Source of the DNA: Squalus acanthias
Lineage: Eukaryota
Length of the DNA stretch: 64,000 nucleotides
Assembly (NCBI GenBank): GCA_030390025.1
Contig: CM059432.1
Location: 92,072,001 to 92,136,000 of the forward strand
Direction: 5' to 3'
Position numbers and translations under genes: made by a program. The notes beneath the pieces are model-generated. The model made no database searches, was not told where the DNA came from, and saw only the letters and a list, made by a program, of their open reading frames with translations. Numbering within the stretch: the stretch's first letter is position 1; each line of letters begins with the position of its first letter. Below are positions 27,131 to 38,443 of the stretch, piece by piece.

Positions 27131-27462
27131 CAGTAGCCTAGTGTTATAATACTGTACTAGAACCCCAGAGTTCAGAAGTTCAAATATCACTGTGGCAAGT
27201 TGAATTTGGATTCAATATATCTGTTAATTTGTGGGCTAGCACCAGAAAAGAACCATGACAGTTGCCCGATTGATGTATAAACCCAACTAGTTCACTAACG
27301 CCTTTCAGAGAAGGGAATCTGCCACCCCTACCTGGTCTGGCCCACAGGTGGTTCCAGTCCCACATTATAATGCTGACTCTTAATGCCCTCAGGGCAACTA
27401 GCAGTGTGCAATAAATACCGCATTATCAGTGTTGCCCACAATACTAATACGAATAAATAAAA
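27131..27462 (+). mobile_element. tRNA-derived SINE with a 3' tail shared with LINE family B
   Basis: Degenerate A/B boxes (TAGCCTAGTG; AGTTCAAATATC). 3' end GGGCAACTAG...GCAATAAATAC...GCCCACA...GAATAAATAAAAA resembles 907-972. Confidence 0.65.
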
Positions 27463-29135
27463 AGTTAAACATTTTCCTTATTTGGTCTCCTGTCCTTTGG
27501 GTGTTGGACACAGCATTAATACATTGGGCACTTCCTCCCAAGGTAAGTCCACATTTTTGTGGAAAGGCTGCCTTGCAGATCTTAGTAACCTGCCTTTTCT
27601 TTACACCTTGCCAAAGGCAGATGTTCTCCAGCCATCTCATTGTTCTTTTCTGCAACATAACATTCTGACCAGCAAATTCCTCAGTGGCCAACAGGCAATA
27701 CACAACCCTTTTAAGTTGCAGCTACCACCCTTTAATAGCTGCGGCTGCACCCAATCCCTATTAGAAATAGGTTAGTAGGCCCAATAAAGGGCAGGAGCAC
27801 CCTATGAATATGTAATTAGGCTGACTTTGAGAAATCACATGCAATTTTGACGAACACAAAGCTCACTGTGCTCCAGTCCTCCTGATGCTGGATAATATAC
27901 TGTTATATGTTCAAATTATTGTAGCAGAGTTGGCATGTTAATAGAGTTAACAAACATGTAAGTTTGAAGCGACACGTCCATTTATATTTAAATAAGGTTA
28001 AATAGCAATTTTAGGTGATTGACTAGATATTGTCTCCACCTCCGTTAGCATATTGTAGTGCTGAGCCACCTTCTTGTCTGCTGATTAGCCACCTGCCCAC
28101 TGGAAAATGACCTCCATCTATTGAGCCTCTTCTCGTGCTCTCCTCTTGCTGTTATAAATCAAGGTCTAGAGGTTGTAGGAACAGAGCCAACAGATAAAAA
28201 AAGGACAGAAAGAGTATGACAGCAGAGATGCTTGCAAAATACAGCAATATCACAATCTTTAAAAAAGGAAACTAGCATAATGAATATTACCTATTACTAT
28301 ACAAATTGATAGACATAAAATGTTGATGTAGACCTGGAATAAATATTATTCACAGAACTAGAAGTTCTCCAATTAGAAGCACAGATAATAGGTGAACTGC
28401 AAATTGCAGAACAGACAGACACTTCATAAGCAACAGTGATTAGACTCAAAATTCATTATATAAACCGTAAAAAGACATTTGTAACCCTCCCAAAAAAAGC
28501 CTAGACTGGAACAGTGGCACTGATACAGTCACAATAAATAAAAGGCAATTTGCCAGGGCCTTCAAGCATACAACATTATCATAATACAAACCAATCATGG
28601 CAACAGTCCAGATTCAAGCACGCAACAGATGATGACAGGAGATTTCTTTCTAAAAGTAGGAAATAAAAATACACCAAAATGAAACAGTGACATTTTGAAT
28701 TAACCCACTAGATCACTCTCCATATGTGAAACATAGTGGAACTCACCAACTACACAATATGCTGCAGTGTTTCATAATTTCTATTACAAAGTAAGATGGT
28801 TCTCAACTTGAACGATAATTACTAGCTGTGATAGATGCTTAAAACAGAGAAGGAGCAATGGAGAGAGTGAGAAGTGGTCGGGGGTGGGGTGAGAAGAAGA
28901 GGAAGCGGAAGGGGAGGAGGGGTGATTTGAATCCACCATGCTTCACAATGTTCTACTGAAGTTCTTTAAAGATTCAGTAGTTCAAATTTAAACATGTAAA
29001 ATGAAATAAAACCACCTGCAGGTTTCAGACTTCTCCCTAGTTGGTGACTTCAAAGACAGCCCATTCAGCTGCCTAACTCTATTTAAGTGAGAAGTCGCAC
29101 AACACCAGGTTATAGTCCAACAGTTTTATTTGAAA

Positions 29136-29173
29136 TCACAAGCTTTCGGAGCGGCTGCTCCTTCGTCAGGTGA
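29136..29173 (-). ncRNA. Minimal type I hammerhead ribozyme motif
   Basis: Reverse complement of 29356-29392 with loop II one base longer. Confidence 0.6.
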
Positions 29174-29355
29174 AGTAAAGGAATACAAATCGACAAAGCA
29201 TATATAGATAGAGAACAATGCATGTGTAGCGTACAATGGCAGATGACTACATTTAATCCTCCTGACTGCCTTTTGTCACACCTCGGCAGAGAAACAATCA
29301 GGTCAGCCAGGAAGGCACCACATCAATATGCTTTGTCGATTTGTATTCCTTTACT

Positions 29356-29392
29356 TCACCTGACGAAGGAGCAGCGCTCCGAAAGCTTGTGA
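29356..29392 (+). ncRNA. Minimal type I hammerhead ribozyme motif
   Basis: Stem I TCAC/GTGA, core CTGACGA, stem II GGAG-cagcg-CTCC, GAAA, palindromic AGCT stem III, CUU triplet. Confidence 0.65.
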
Positions 29393-29767
29393 TTTCAAAT
29401 AAAACTGTTGGGGGTAGAAATTAGGTCGCGCCCCATTTGGGGCGCAAATATCGTCCGCGCGCAAATATTAGCGCCTGGCGCTAATTATCGGCACTGACAG
29501 GAAACTTCACTTTTACCGCCCCGGGAGGTGAGTGGAGCGCTAAATTAGGCGCTGCACACCTCTCTTAAGGCGCAAAGGCCTAGGAGTGAGGCGCTACCTC
29601 AGCGCACGAGCGCAGCGCAGCTGCTGCCAGTTAGCGAGGGAACACAGACACACTGGCGCCGGACACTTCTTAAAGCAGGGGGGGCCACTTGCTCCCCAGC
29701 CACACCCTGCTCATTGCAGCCTTGAATCTCAGCCTGGAGAGACCTGTAATCCATTTTGCTGCCAAGC

Positions 29768-31677
29768 ATGGAGAGGGTGAGAGAACGCGCTCATCGCTTC
29801 ACCGAGCGGGCCTTGGATGCTCTGGTTGACGCAGTGGAGCGCAGACGATGCATGCTGTTCCCGGAGAGTGGCAGGAGGCCTTTGCCACGCGAGTTCAGAA
29901 GAGTGTGGAGGGAGGTGGCTCAGAGCGTCTCCTCCAGGAGCATGGTGCCCAGGACCCATGTCCAGTGCCGCAAAAAGTTCAACGACCTCACTCGGGTCGT
30001 CAGGGTGAGTGGCTTTTTCTCAATACCTCTCCATCCCTCCATCTCAACCTCACTCTATGGCCAGAGGGTCTTAAAACCCCAATGCACAACACTCATGCAA
30101 CACCTATGGCCCTTTCATCAAACACACACACACATTCCACACTTTGCATACAGTAAGGGCTATTCACCTATGGGAGGCACATCAGGCAAGACCATGGCTG
30201 CATATTGTAAGGGCTATTCACCTATGGGAGGCACATCAGGCAAGACCATGGCTGTATATTTACTCAGATGCTGTCCTTTTTCTTGCAGGCTAAGCTGGCT
30301 CATAATCGGAGACAGCAGCAACGGACGGGTGGAGGGCGGCTTCAGCTGCAACCCCTCAGCGATCTGGAGGAGCGCGTCCACAGGATTGTGGCAAGCCGGG
30401 TGATCGGTCCCGTCGCCACTGGGGACGCCGACCCCGTTGTGGACAGCAATGGTAAGGTCATCACCTTTTTGTCCTCTGTCCTTCCACTTGTCCCTCACAA
30501 TACCAGCCTTTGACACTTTCAATCCAACTTGCTAACTCGCTGCACTTATTCCTCCCTTACTGCCACCCTGTCCTCACGCTAAAGCCACTCTTGTACCTCC
30601 CTGCTTTCAGATGGTGATTCACCAGCTGAGGAGACGGGCCCTGAAGCTGCCACTGGGAGTGATGCTGCAGCTGAGGAGGAAGAGGAAGCCGGAGCATCAG
30701 TGCCACCCTCTCCCGAGGAAGCCCATGGCCACACTGGGAACACGCCTTCCCCGGAGGGGAGCAGGGGGGAAGGGGCTGATGATGGTGAAGTTCCAGGACC
30801 CAGCGGGCTGCAGCAACGCCATTGGGGGGGGAGGGAAGAACGGGGGAGCAGGGGGGAAGGGGCTGATGATGGTGAAGTTCCAGGACCCAGCGGGCTGCAG
30901 CAACGCCATGGGGGGGGGAGGGAAGAACGGGAGCCTTCTCCCCAGAGGGAGAGTATGCCAGACACTCCTAATGCAATGGACGCAGAGGAGGAGCGGCTGA
31001 TTGCAGAAATGAACAGCCAGGCGGTGGGCATGCACACTGAGCTCATGGGTGCAGTGGGAAGGGTGCCCGAATGCATTGAGGCACTGGCAAGGAGTGTGGA
31101 GCACTTCGCTGTAGCACAGGCGGATGCCACACTAAAGCTTACTGCTGCAATTCAGTCACTGGCTGCCAGGAACCCATCTGAGCCTGCTCTCATGCAGACT
31201 CAGATTGAGGCCACGCGAGCACTGACTGCTGCCATCCTCGATGGTTCGTGCACATGTCCCCGGGGCTGTCACCGCGCCGCAGCAGGCCAGCAATCTGTTC
31301 TCCGGCAAATTGCTCCGGATGCTGAAGTGCTGCCCCGTGGGAGTGCCAGTGTGTCGGGCGAGCAGGGAGTTGCTGTCCTCTCTCACGATGACAGCATTGC
31401 TGCTGCCAACACTGTCACTTCTCCACTGCACTTGCCACCGCCTGTAGGACAGACTGCTGCCGCCCATGCAGAGTTGGTGCAGTCTGCAGCCGGGCCCTCC
31501 AGGCCCAGAAGTGGTCGAGGCCGTCCTTCAGGGGCATCTGCAGTGTCAGGGTCTGACAAGCAGCAGCCTTCCACCAGCCTTGCTGCAGCCACTGAGGTCC
31601 CATTACGGAGGAGCAGTAGGGTTAGAAGGGGGGAAGTGCGCAAGGGAAGGAGATCACCCTCGAAGGGCAAAAAGTAG
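29768..31677 (+). CDS. Harbinger Myb/SANT-like DNA-binding protein; exons 29768-30004, 30289-30451, 30611-31677; 488 aa
   Basis: Trihelix motif RFTERALDALV...VWREVAQ...QCRKKFNDL. Canonical splice sites AGG|GTGAGT, TTGCAG|, G|GTAAGG, TTTCAG|. The joined 1467 nt stay in frame to TAG, with a basic C-terminal tail. Confidence 0.88.
30153..30260 (+). repeat. 54-bp tandem duplication in Myb intron 1
   Basis: GTAAGGGCTATTCACCTATGGGAGGCACATCAGGCAAGACCATGGCTG starts at 30153 and again at 30207. Single copy in the sister element. Confidence 0.9.
30757..30930 (+). repeat. 87-bp in-frame tandem duplication in Myb exon 3
   Basis: GSRGEGADDGEVPGPSGLQQRH(W/G)GGREER occurs twice. Single copy in the sister element. 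Confidence 0.9.
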
Positions 31678-31971
31678 GAGGTGTGCCAAAATGCTGGTCA
31701 TTTTTTTATTAAAGGCCGAGGTTCATGGCCCAACTTTTGTTTAGTGTTTTGGACATTATCTCCAGGTTGTGAGAACCAGTTATGTTATTGACTGTTTTTT
31801 TGTGTTTATTTCTATGAGTTTGTCATGAGGAATTGACACACACAGAGTTTGTACAATAAATAAGTTTCTGTATTCAAAATATACATGGCTGGTGGTTGGA
31901 ATTATTGGTGCCTTGGCCGGCTTAGGGGTTGCGTGCTGGGTTGATTCGTGTTTGTAGCACTGGCAGGGGCC

Positions 31972-33132
31972 CTAGAAGCGGCTTGCTATCAGCCGTTGAC
32001 GGACGGCCCTTGCAGTTTGACCATTGTGGGCCGCCCTCCTGCCTTGGTGCTGCTGCTGATCATCGTCCTCGGCCTGTTCCTCCTCTTCCTCCTCCTCCTC
32101 TTGTGGTGCTGCAAGGCCTGGTGGCATTGGCTGCGTCCTGAGGATTGCCATGTTGTGCAACATGCAGCACACCACTACGAATTTGGAAACTTGCTCAGGC
32201 AAGTACTGCAGGGCTCCTCCGGAATGGTCCAGACAGCGGAATCGTTGTTTGAGCACGCCGATTGTGCGCTCAATAATGTTCCTCGTTGCTTGTTGGCTTT
32301 CCTGGTACCGCAGCTCAGCAGGGGTGTTTGGCGCACGGAGCGGTGTCATCAGCCAGGTGCTCAATGCGTACCCCTTGTCCCCCAGAAGCCAACCAACTGG
32401 CTGATGCGGTGCCTCGAAAATTTCTGCCACAGTACTCTGGCGCAGGATGAAAGCATCGTGGCAGCTGCCCGGATAGTGGGCATTGACAGCGAGAATCACC
32501 TGTCTGTGGTCACAGACCAACTGCACATTCAAGGAATGGAACCCCTTTCTGTTCCGGAACTCCTCTGCATTCTCTCGCGGAGCACGCAAAGCCACATGCG
32601 TGCAGTCAATGGCGCCCTGCACCATGGGGAAGCCCGCTACCCTCGCAAAGCCCATAGCACGGTCATGCTGCTTGTCTGGGGTCATAGGGAAGGAGATGAA
32701 GTCTCGTCTCCTTGTGAAGAGGGCATTGGTGACCTGCCGGATGCAGCGATGCACCGCAAACTGGGAGATATTGGCGAGGTCCCCAACAGCAGCTTGGAAT
32801 GAGCCAGTGGCGTAGAAGTTCAAAGCCACTGTGACCTTCACTGCCACCGACAGAGACGTCCTGGACCTCAGCTGAGGCTGCAGATCTGGCTGCAGCAGGT
32901 GGCAGAGCTCAGTGACCACCTCCTTGCTGAATCGCAGCCTTCGCAAACACAGCTCCTCGGACATGTGGATGTAGGAGAGCTGTTCACGATATACCCTGGG
33001 AGGGTAAGCTCTCCTGTACATGCGCCTGATGGCCCTCCTCCGTCTGGCCATCATTGCCACTCTCTGTCTGCGTCTCACTCTCCTCCGATTGAGCTGGAGC
33101 AGGACGACGCCCCCAATCATTGCAGCCCCCAT
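31972..33132 (-). CDS. Harbinger DDE transposase (HARBI1-like), 386 aa, intact
   Basis: HTH region RRLRFSKEVV...ALNFYATGSFQ. Catalytic motifs GAIDCTH, LLGDKGY and IERTIGVLKQRFRCL, then CCMLHN and an acidic tail. Confidence 0.95.
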   Translation of the reverse strand: MGAAMIGGVVLLQLNRRRVRRRQRVAMMARRRRAIRRMYRRAYPPRVYREQLSYIHMSEELCLRRLRFSKEVVTELCHLLQPDLQPQLRSRTSLSVAVKVTVALNFYATGSFQAAVGDLANISQFAVHRCIRQVTNALFTRRRDFISFPMTPDKQHDRAMGFARVAGFPMVQGAIDCTHVALRAPRENAEEFRNRKGFHSLNVQLVCDHRQVILAVNAHYPGSCHDAFILRQSTVAEIFEAPHQPVGWLLGDKGYALSTWLMTPLRAPNTPAELRYQESQQATRNIIERTIGVLKQRFRCLDHSGGALQYLPEQVSKFVVVCCMLHNMAILRTQPMPPGLAAPQEEEEEEEEQAEDDDQQQHQGRRAAHNGQTARAVRQRLIASRF

Positions 33133-34658
33133 ATTCTCTTTGGCAGAAAAGTAATGAGGTACAGCAACGAAAGTAGCAGCAAAGTTAGGATGAACTAGGC
33201 CAAACTACCTCACAAAGCGTTGAGTCAATGTAGAAGTCTCTCTCTCTCTCTCTCCGAATCTCTCTCTCTCTCTCAGAACGAGTGGTGCATAAATGTCGAC
33301 CACAGAAAAAGACAGGAAGAGGCCCCCTTTAAATAGCGCCCCCCCCCCAGCCCCACACCGATTGATAACGTTCCAGTCTTCCGGTCGTTGGAAGCGCCAG
33401 GCGGTAAGGCAGGGGGCGCCACTCAATTTCCGCTCCGGGGCGCCCCAAGGGCGTTGCACCACGGAATTACGTCACAATCTGCGCGCGCAGGTGGTCGCAG
33501 CGGTAAGTTTTAGCGCCGCCGCACAATCTCAAGTTAAGTTCTCGAGCGGCGCAAACAGCGCTGCGCCCGGGCGTTAGCGCCTTAACGCCCCATTAGCGCC
33601 CATTTAAGGCGCTAACGGGAGGCGCAACCAACTGAATTTTTACCCCTTGGACTATAACCTGGTGTTGTGCGACTTCTCACTTTTGTCCACCCCAGTCCAA
33701 CACCGGCATCTCCGCATCATAACTCTATTTAGTAATGAAGAATAAACATAAGCAAGCAGAAATCAGAGTCAAATTTCTCAGCAGGTGAGAGCAGATGATG
33801 ACAACAACAGGCTGCAGTGTGGCCTTAAGACAGGCCTCCGATTTAAGAAATAAGGGATAAAAATCAACAGGACGAATATCTCAGTGCCAGGATGTGCGTA
33901 CTTGTGACTTCTGGTGCTGAGCCAGCCGACGTATGCGAGGTCAGATGGAGGTCACCTAATTCTAATATTCTGGGTGCGCTTGCACCACTAGGGCGCATCT
34001 CGGGTGCCTGCCTCCCTGCCTGAGGAGGTTAGAGTTTCTGGCATAGGGTGCCGGCTCTTGGGGCCTCCCCCAGAAAGATGTTCAAAGTGCCCATCAGAAC
34101 CCCACTATAAGGGGACTGAAAAGTAATCTTAACGTCGAATGGCTGCTATCGCTCAGCATACTGGCCCACTGCTGTTTGCCAGGACAGGGTCAAGGAAACT
34201 CCAGTTTGGGAACCTGCACCCCTGGCAACGCCCCCTCTGATGTGGGTGACCTTGTTTGGGGCTGACGGAGGCTCAGCCCCAAAAACAAGGACCTGAGAAT
34301 TTCCACTTCCAAGTATAATTCACTGCCCTTCCACCACCCTCTTGGCAGTTTTATGGTGAGCGTGCACCAGAAGGGCGGGGGACCTTCAGCCTCTAAATAC
34401 ATATCACAATTGGCCACAGCGCAGCTGAGGACAGGCCTCCAATCTAAAGAATGGATATATAATAGTTTCCGAGTTGGCCCAAGAGCTTGTGGATGGGAGA
34501 GGCAGAAGGAACCAATAGTCAGGTCAAACAACGGGGTGAGAGGCAGAGCAGGCCCAAGTAGAAGAGCAATTCGCAATAAAAATGAGAGGAAAACCTAAAG
34601 GCAATGAATATAATTATCAATATTTAATATTTTAAAAATCTGAACTTTAAAATGATAC

Positions 34659-34790
34659 GGGTAAAATTTCCACAGGGTTCCCCGATCTTCCGCTGTAAAT
34701 TCAGCAGAACATCGAGGGAAGCGGGTATCCGCTGATTGTCTGCCAAATTTACACCGGGCGATTGGGAGAACCCCCGTGGAAATTCCTGAC
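34659..34790. repeat. Short fold-back MITE-like element
   Basis: AATTTCCACAGGGTTCCCCGATC ... GATTGGGAGAACCCCCGTGGAAATT inverted repeat. Similar sequence at ~23005-23170 and 9153-9192. Confidence 0.5.
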
Positions 34791-35422
34791 GTTAAATTTA
34801 AACCGCGCTGCAAGGAATAATCACTTGCAAAAGAAAACTCAAGATGGTGTCAAAGTTGTGAGAAACAGTTCAAGATTTGGTTCACAGAATCACCCAGTGA
34901 TGAAATTGTGTAAACTATGACAAGTTTACTTTGGAAAAATCATATCAGTGTGGACATAGAAATATATAATGGAAAAAATTGACACATAAGTGTGACAAAA
35001 ACGCAATAACAGGAATTAAGGTTCTGTAAGCAGGAAGTGAATACAAGAATAAGGGCCCCCAAAATTCCACAGGGCCCCTTGCTCCGGTGATGCTCTGCAA
35101 GGATAAGGCTTTAACTTACTCCAGCATTGAGCCCACCATAGAACTTGGAGTCAGTTCATTTGCGTACCCACTGGTGTTGGCTGAATGCAACTGCCATGCA
35201 ACGTGGGATATTGTGCCGGGGTCAGGTATTGGAAATTTCAGATACAATGGCTTAAGATTTCAGCAACAGGCTGAGGGAGCAACAGGTAAGCAATGAATCT
35301 CAGTTGATTGACAGGTAGCTGTATTGGATGGTTCATGTGAGATTTTATGATACTTTTAAAGAATGTCTTCAAGTGGAAGAGCAGGCAGAGCCACCCAAAG
35401 AAGGGATATGGACATTGGAAAA

Positions 35423-35632
35423 ATGAAGAGAAAACATTTTAATGAGGCTGACATTCAGACACTCTTGGATGATGTGCAGCAGGAATAGAAAGACTGCTGA
35501 GTGCCAAGAAAAGAAATGTCCTGCATTCCATGTGGAGGGAAGTGGCAGAGGCACTGAGTGCCACATCTCTCACCTCCAGAACTACAGGACAGTGCCGGAA
35601 AAAGATTAATGATCGTCAAGGACAGGCAAGGT
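35423..35632 (+). pseudogene. Isolated Harbinger Myb/SANT exon-1 remnant from another family
   Basis: MKRKHFNEADIQTLLDDVQ and, after a frameshift, WREVAEALSATSLTSRTTGQCRKKIND, followed by an AG|GTAA donor. Confidence 0.65.
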
Positions 35633-35906
35633 AACCGATTGGCAAATGTCCCTTTATTTTCTTGGGCACCATGGACATCACAACATTGTTTACCCTCTGA
35701 AATTAGTAGCTGCAAAAGTCATCCTTTGCACTGCATTGTTGTTCAGAAGTTCACTTACTCGGTATCCTCCTCTAATTGGAATTACTAGCTCGCAGAATCA
35801 TAAAATCCTTTCCTTCACTGCAATGCTGTGCAACAGCAGATCTCTCACATCAGTTGTCTGATGCCACCTAGGAGACATCCCTCAAAATCTAGCCATAACC
35901 TTGTTC

Positions 35907-36352
35907 AGCTGTGGCTCAGTGGGTAGCACTCTCGCCTCTAAGTCAGAATGGTGTGGGTTCAAGTCCCACTCCAGGGACTTGAGCACAAAAATCTAGGCTG
36001 ACACTCCAGTGCAGTGCTAAGGGAGTGCTGCACTGTCGGAGATGCCGTCTTTCGGATGAGACGTTAAACCAAGGCCCTGTCTGCTCTCTCAGGTGGACGT
36101 AAAAGATTCCATGGCACTATTTCAAAGATGAGCACGGGAGTTATCCCCGGTGTCCTGGCCAATATTTATCCCTGAACCAACATAACAAGAACAGATTATC
36201 TGATCATTATCACATTGCTACTTGTGGAGCTTGCTGTGCGTTTCCTACATTACAACAGTGACTACATTCCAAAAGTACTTCATTGGCTGTAAAACACTTT
36301 GATACGTCCTGGTGGTTGTGAAAGGCGCTATATAAATGCAAGTCTTTCTTTC
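35907..36352 (+). mobile_element. Full-length tRNA-derived Deu-domain SINE (SacSINE1/AmnSINE-like)
   Basis: A box TGGCTCAGTGG, B box GGTTCAAGTCCC, central GCCGTCTTTCGGATGAGACGTTAAACC...GTCCTGGCCAATATTTATCC, and L2-like tail AAAGGCGCTATATAAATGCAAGTCTTTCTTTC. Confidence 0.85.
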
Positions 36353-38443
36353 ACTCAATCGTGTTAGAGGTTATACTTGAAAAGGAGAAAAATGCAGGGC
36401 TATGGGTAAAGTGCAGGGCCTGGGACCAACCACCACCTGCCCTACCCAAAACAAATGCAATGGCAGTGTGGCCTTCATCACCTTGGTCTTTACTCCTACT
36501 CTCTGGTTCCTTCAAGCACCTCCCTCTGTTTCACTCCTCTCACCTCACCTTTAAAATCCTCATTGTTTATTTTTCCCCAAACCCTACCCTGAATTTCTTC
36601 TTGAAATATCCTCTCTTCTTTCTTCCCTCAGGTTCTATACTGAGTGTCTCCCCATCTTGGATGCTTTCAATGTGCATCACAACTCCCCTTGTCCTTTCTC
36701 CTCTGAAATTCCCTCCTTCCTATCCTTCATGTAAACTCTCTTAAATCTCTTCCTCCCTATAAACTCTCCTACCAATATTCAAAGCTATCCCCTTGACCTC
36801 GCCATGGTTTCTCCACTCTAGCAGTCTGCTGGACCCCAACAAGGCCATCTCCAACCACTTCCTTGTATTCTTCTCCAGGCGCATACCCTTAACATTCTTC
36901 AACCCCACTTCCTTCTATAACCACCCCTGGAAAAAAACTCTTCCCAGGTTGCTTATGACTGAGTTCTCGAACTTTCTAAGTACTATTCCTTTCCTTTACA
37001 AGGTCCTTGAACATGTTGTCAGCTACTAGATCCTTGTCTATCTCACCTAAAACTCCCTAATTTAAGAACATAAGAAATAGGAGCAGGAGTAGGCCATACT
37101 CGAGCTTGCTCCACCATTCAATAAGATCATGGCTGACCTTCGACCTCAACTCCACTTTCCCGCCCAATCCCCATATCCCTTGATTCCCTTAGAGTCCAAA
37201 AATCTATCAATCTCAGCCTTGACTATACTCAACAACTGAGCATCCTCAACCCTCTGGGGTAGAGAATTCCAAAGATTCACGACCCTCTGAGTGAAGAAAT
37301 TTCTCCTCATCTCAGTCCTATCCTGAGACTACGCCCCCTAGTTCTAGACACTCCACTCACGGGAAACAACCTCTCAGCATCTACCCTGTCAATCCCCCTC
37401 AGAATCTTATATGTTTCAATGAGATCACCTCTCATTCTTCTAAACTCCAGAGAGTATAGGCGCAATCTACTCAATCTCTCCTCATAGGACAACCCTCTCA
37501 TCCCAGGAATCAATCTAGTGAACCTTCGTTGCACTGCCTCCAAGGCAAGTATATCCTTGCTTAGGTATGGAGAACAAAACTGCACACAGTACTCCAGGTG
37601 TGGTCTCACCTAAGCCCTGTACAATTGCAAGACTTCCTTACTCTTGTACTCCAACCCCCTTGCAATAAAAGCCACCATACCATTTGCCTTCCTAATTGCT
37701 TGCTGTACCTGCATGCTAACTTTCTGTGTTTCGTGTACAAGGACACCCAAATCCCTCTGAATACCAACATTTAATAGTTTCTCACCATTTAAAAAAAATA
37801 CTGTTTTCTATTCTTCCTACTAAAGTGAATAACCTCACATTTCCCCACATTATACTCCATCTGCCACCTTCTTGCCCACTCACTTAACCTGTCTATATCC
37901 CTTTGCAGGCTCTTTGGGGGGGATTTTTACAGCGAAGAGTGAGTGGTTAAAAGCACTGAAATTGACAGTGCGTCGGGAAGCTGGCTCCAACCCGCTGACT
38001 TCCGCACTTAACTGGAGCGCGTTTGGCTGCGTGCGAGAATCGCCCTCGGGAGAGGTGGGTTGCTAATTTAAATATGTTAAGAGGTAGTTAAGAGGTAATT
38101 AACAGCTTTTTTAACAGGAGTTTTCAACTTTAACTGTGTGTACACGGGATTCCTGAGCTTCCTGGACCTCACCAGTGAAAGCAAGCTGAGAGCACAGCAG
38201 CAATTGAGGGAGCTGAACAAATGGGAGGCAAAAAATCCGGTAAGTACAGAGACCTCACACCTGCTTCTTGCCGAAGTGAAAGCCTTTTGCTCACAGCACT
38301 TGTTCTGAGAGTTTGCTTTCAGTACTTTGCAGGGGATTTCTACTGCTTTGGAGGTGATTTGCACTACTTTGAAGGTCAGTCTCACTACATTGGAGGATTG
38401 TGCATCTGATCTCCACTTTCCATCTGTCATATATCAGATCAGC

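Larger units (their letters stand above)
29411..33646. mobile_element. Apparently intact autonomous PIF/Harbinger DNA transposon (4236 bp)
   Basis: TIRs GGGGTAGAAATTAGGT / ACTGAATTTTTACCCC. TSD TTG at 29408-29410 and 33647-33649. Two uninterrupted convergent genes and GGCGC-rich subtermini. Confidence 0.95.
29086..33719 (+). mobile_element. Fold-back Penelope-like element (second family), interrupted by the intact Harbinger
   Basis: Arm 29086-29203 is the reverse complement of 29326-29410 joined to 33650-33681. 12-bp TSD TAACTCTATTTA at 29074-29085 and 33720-33731. Both arms carry hammerhead motifs. Confidence 0.75.

Noticed and set aside
31948..32802. 284-aa plus-strand ORF and other ORFs overlapping the Harbinger genes
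   Set aside because: Antisense or alternate-frame shadows of GC-rich coding sequence.
31972..33132. Host HARBI1 gene
   Set aside because: It lies between TIRs with a TSD next to a Myb partner and has relatives in the window. It is a transposon gene, not the domesticated host gene.
35907..35980. tRNA gene
   Set aside because: The A/B boxes belong to a SINE head that continues into a Deu domain and tail. No clean cloverleaf.
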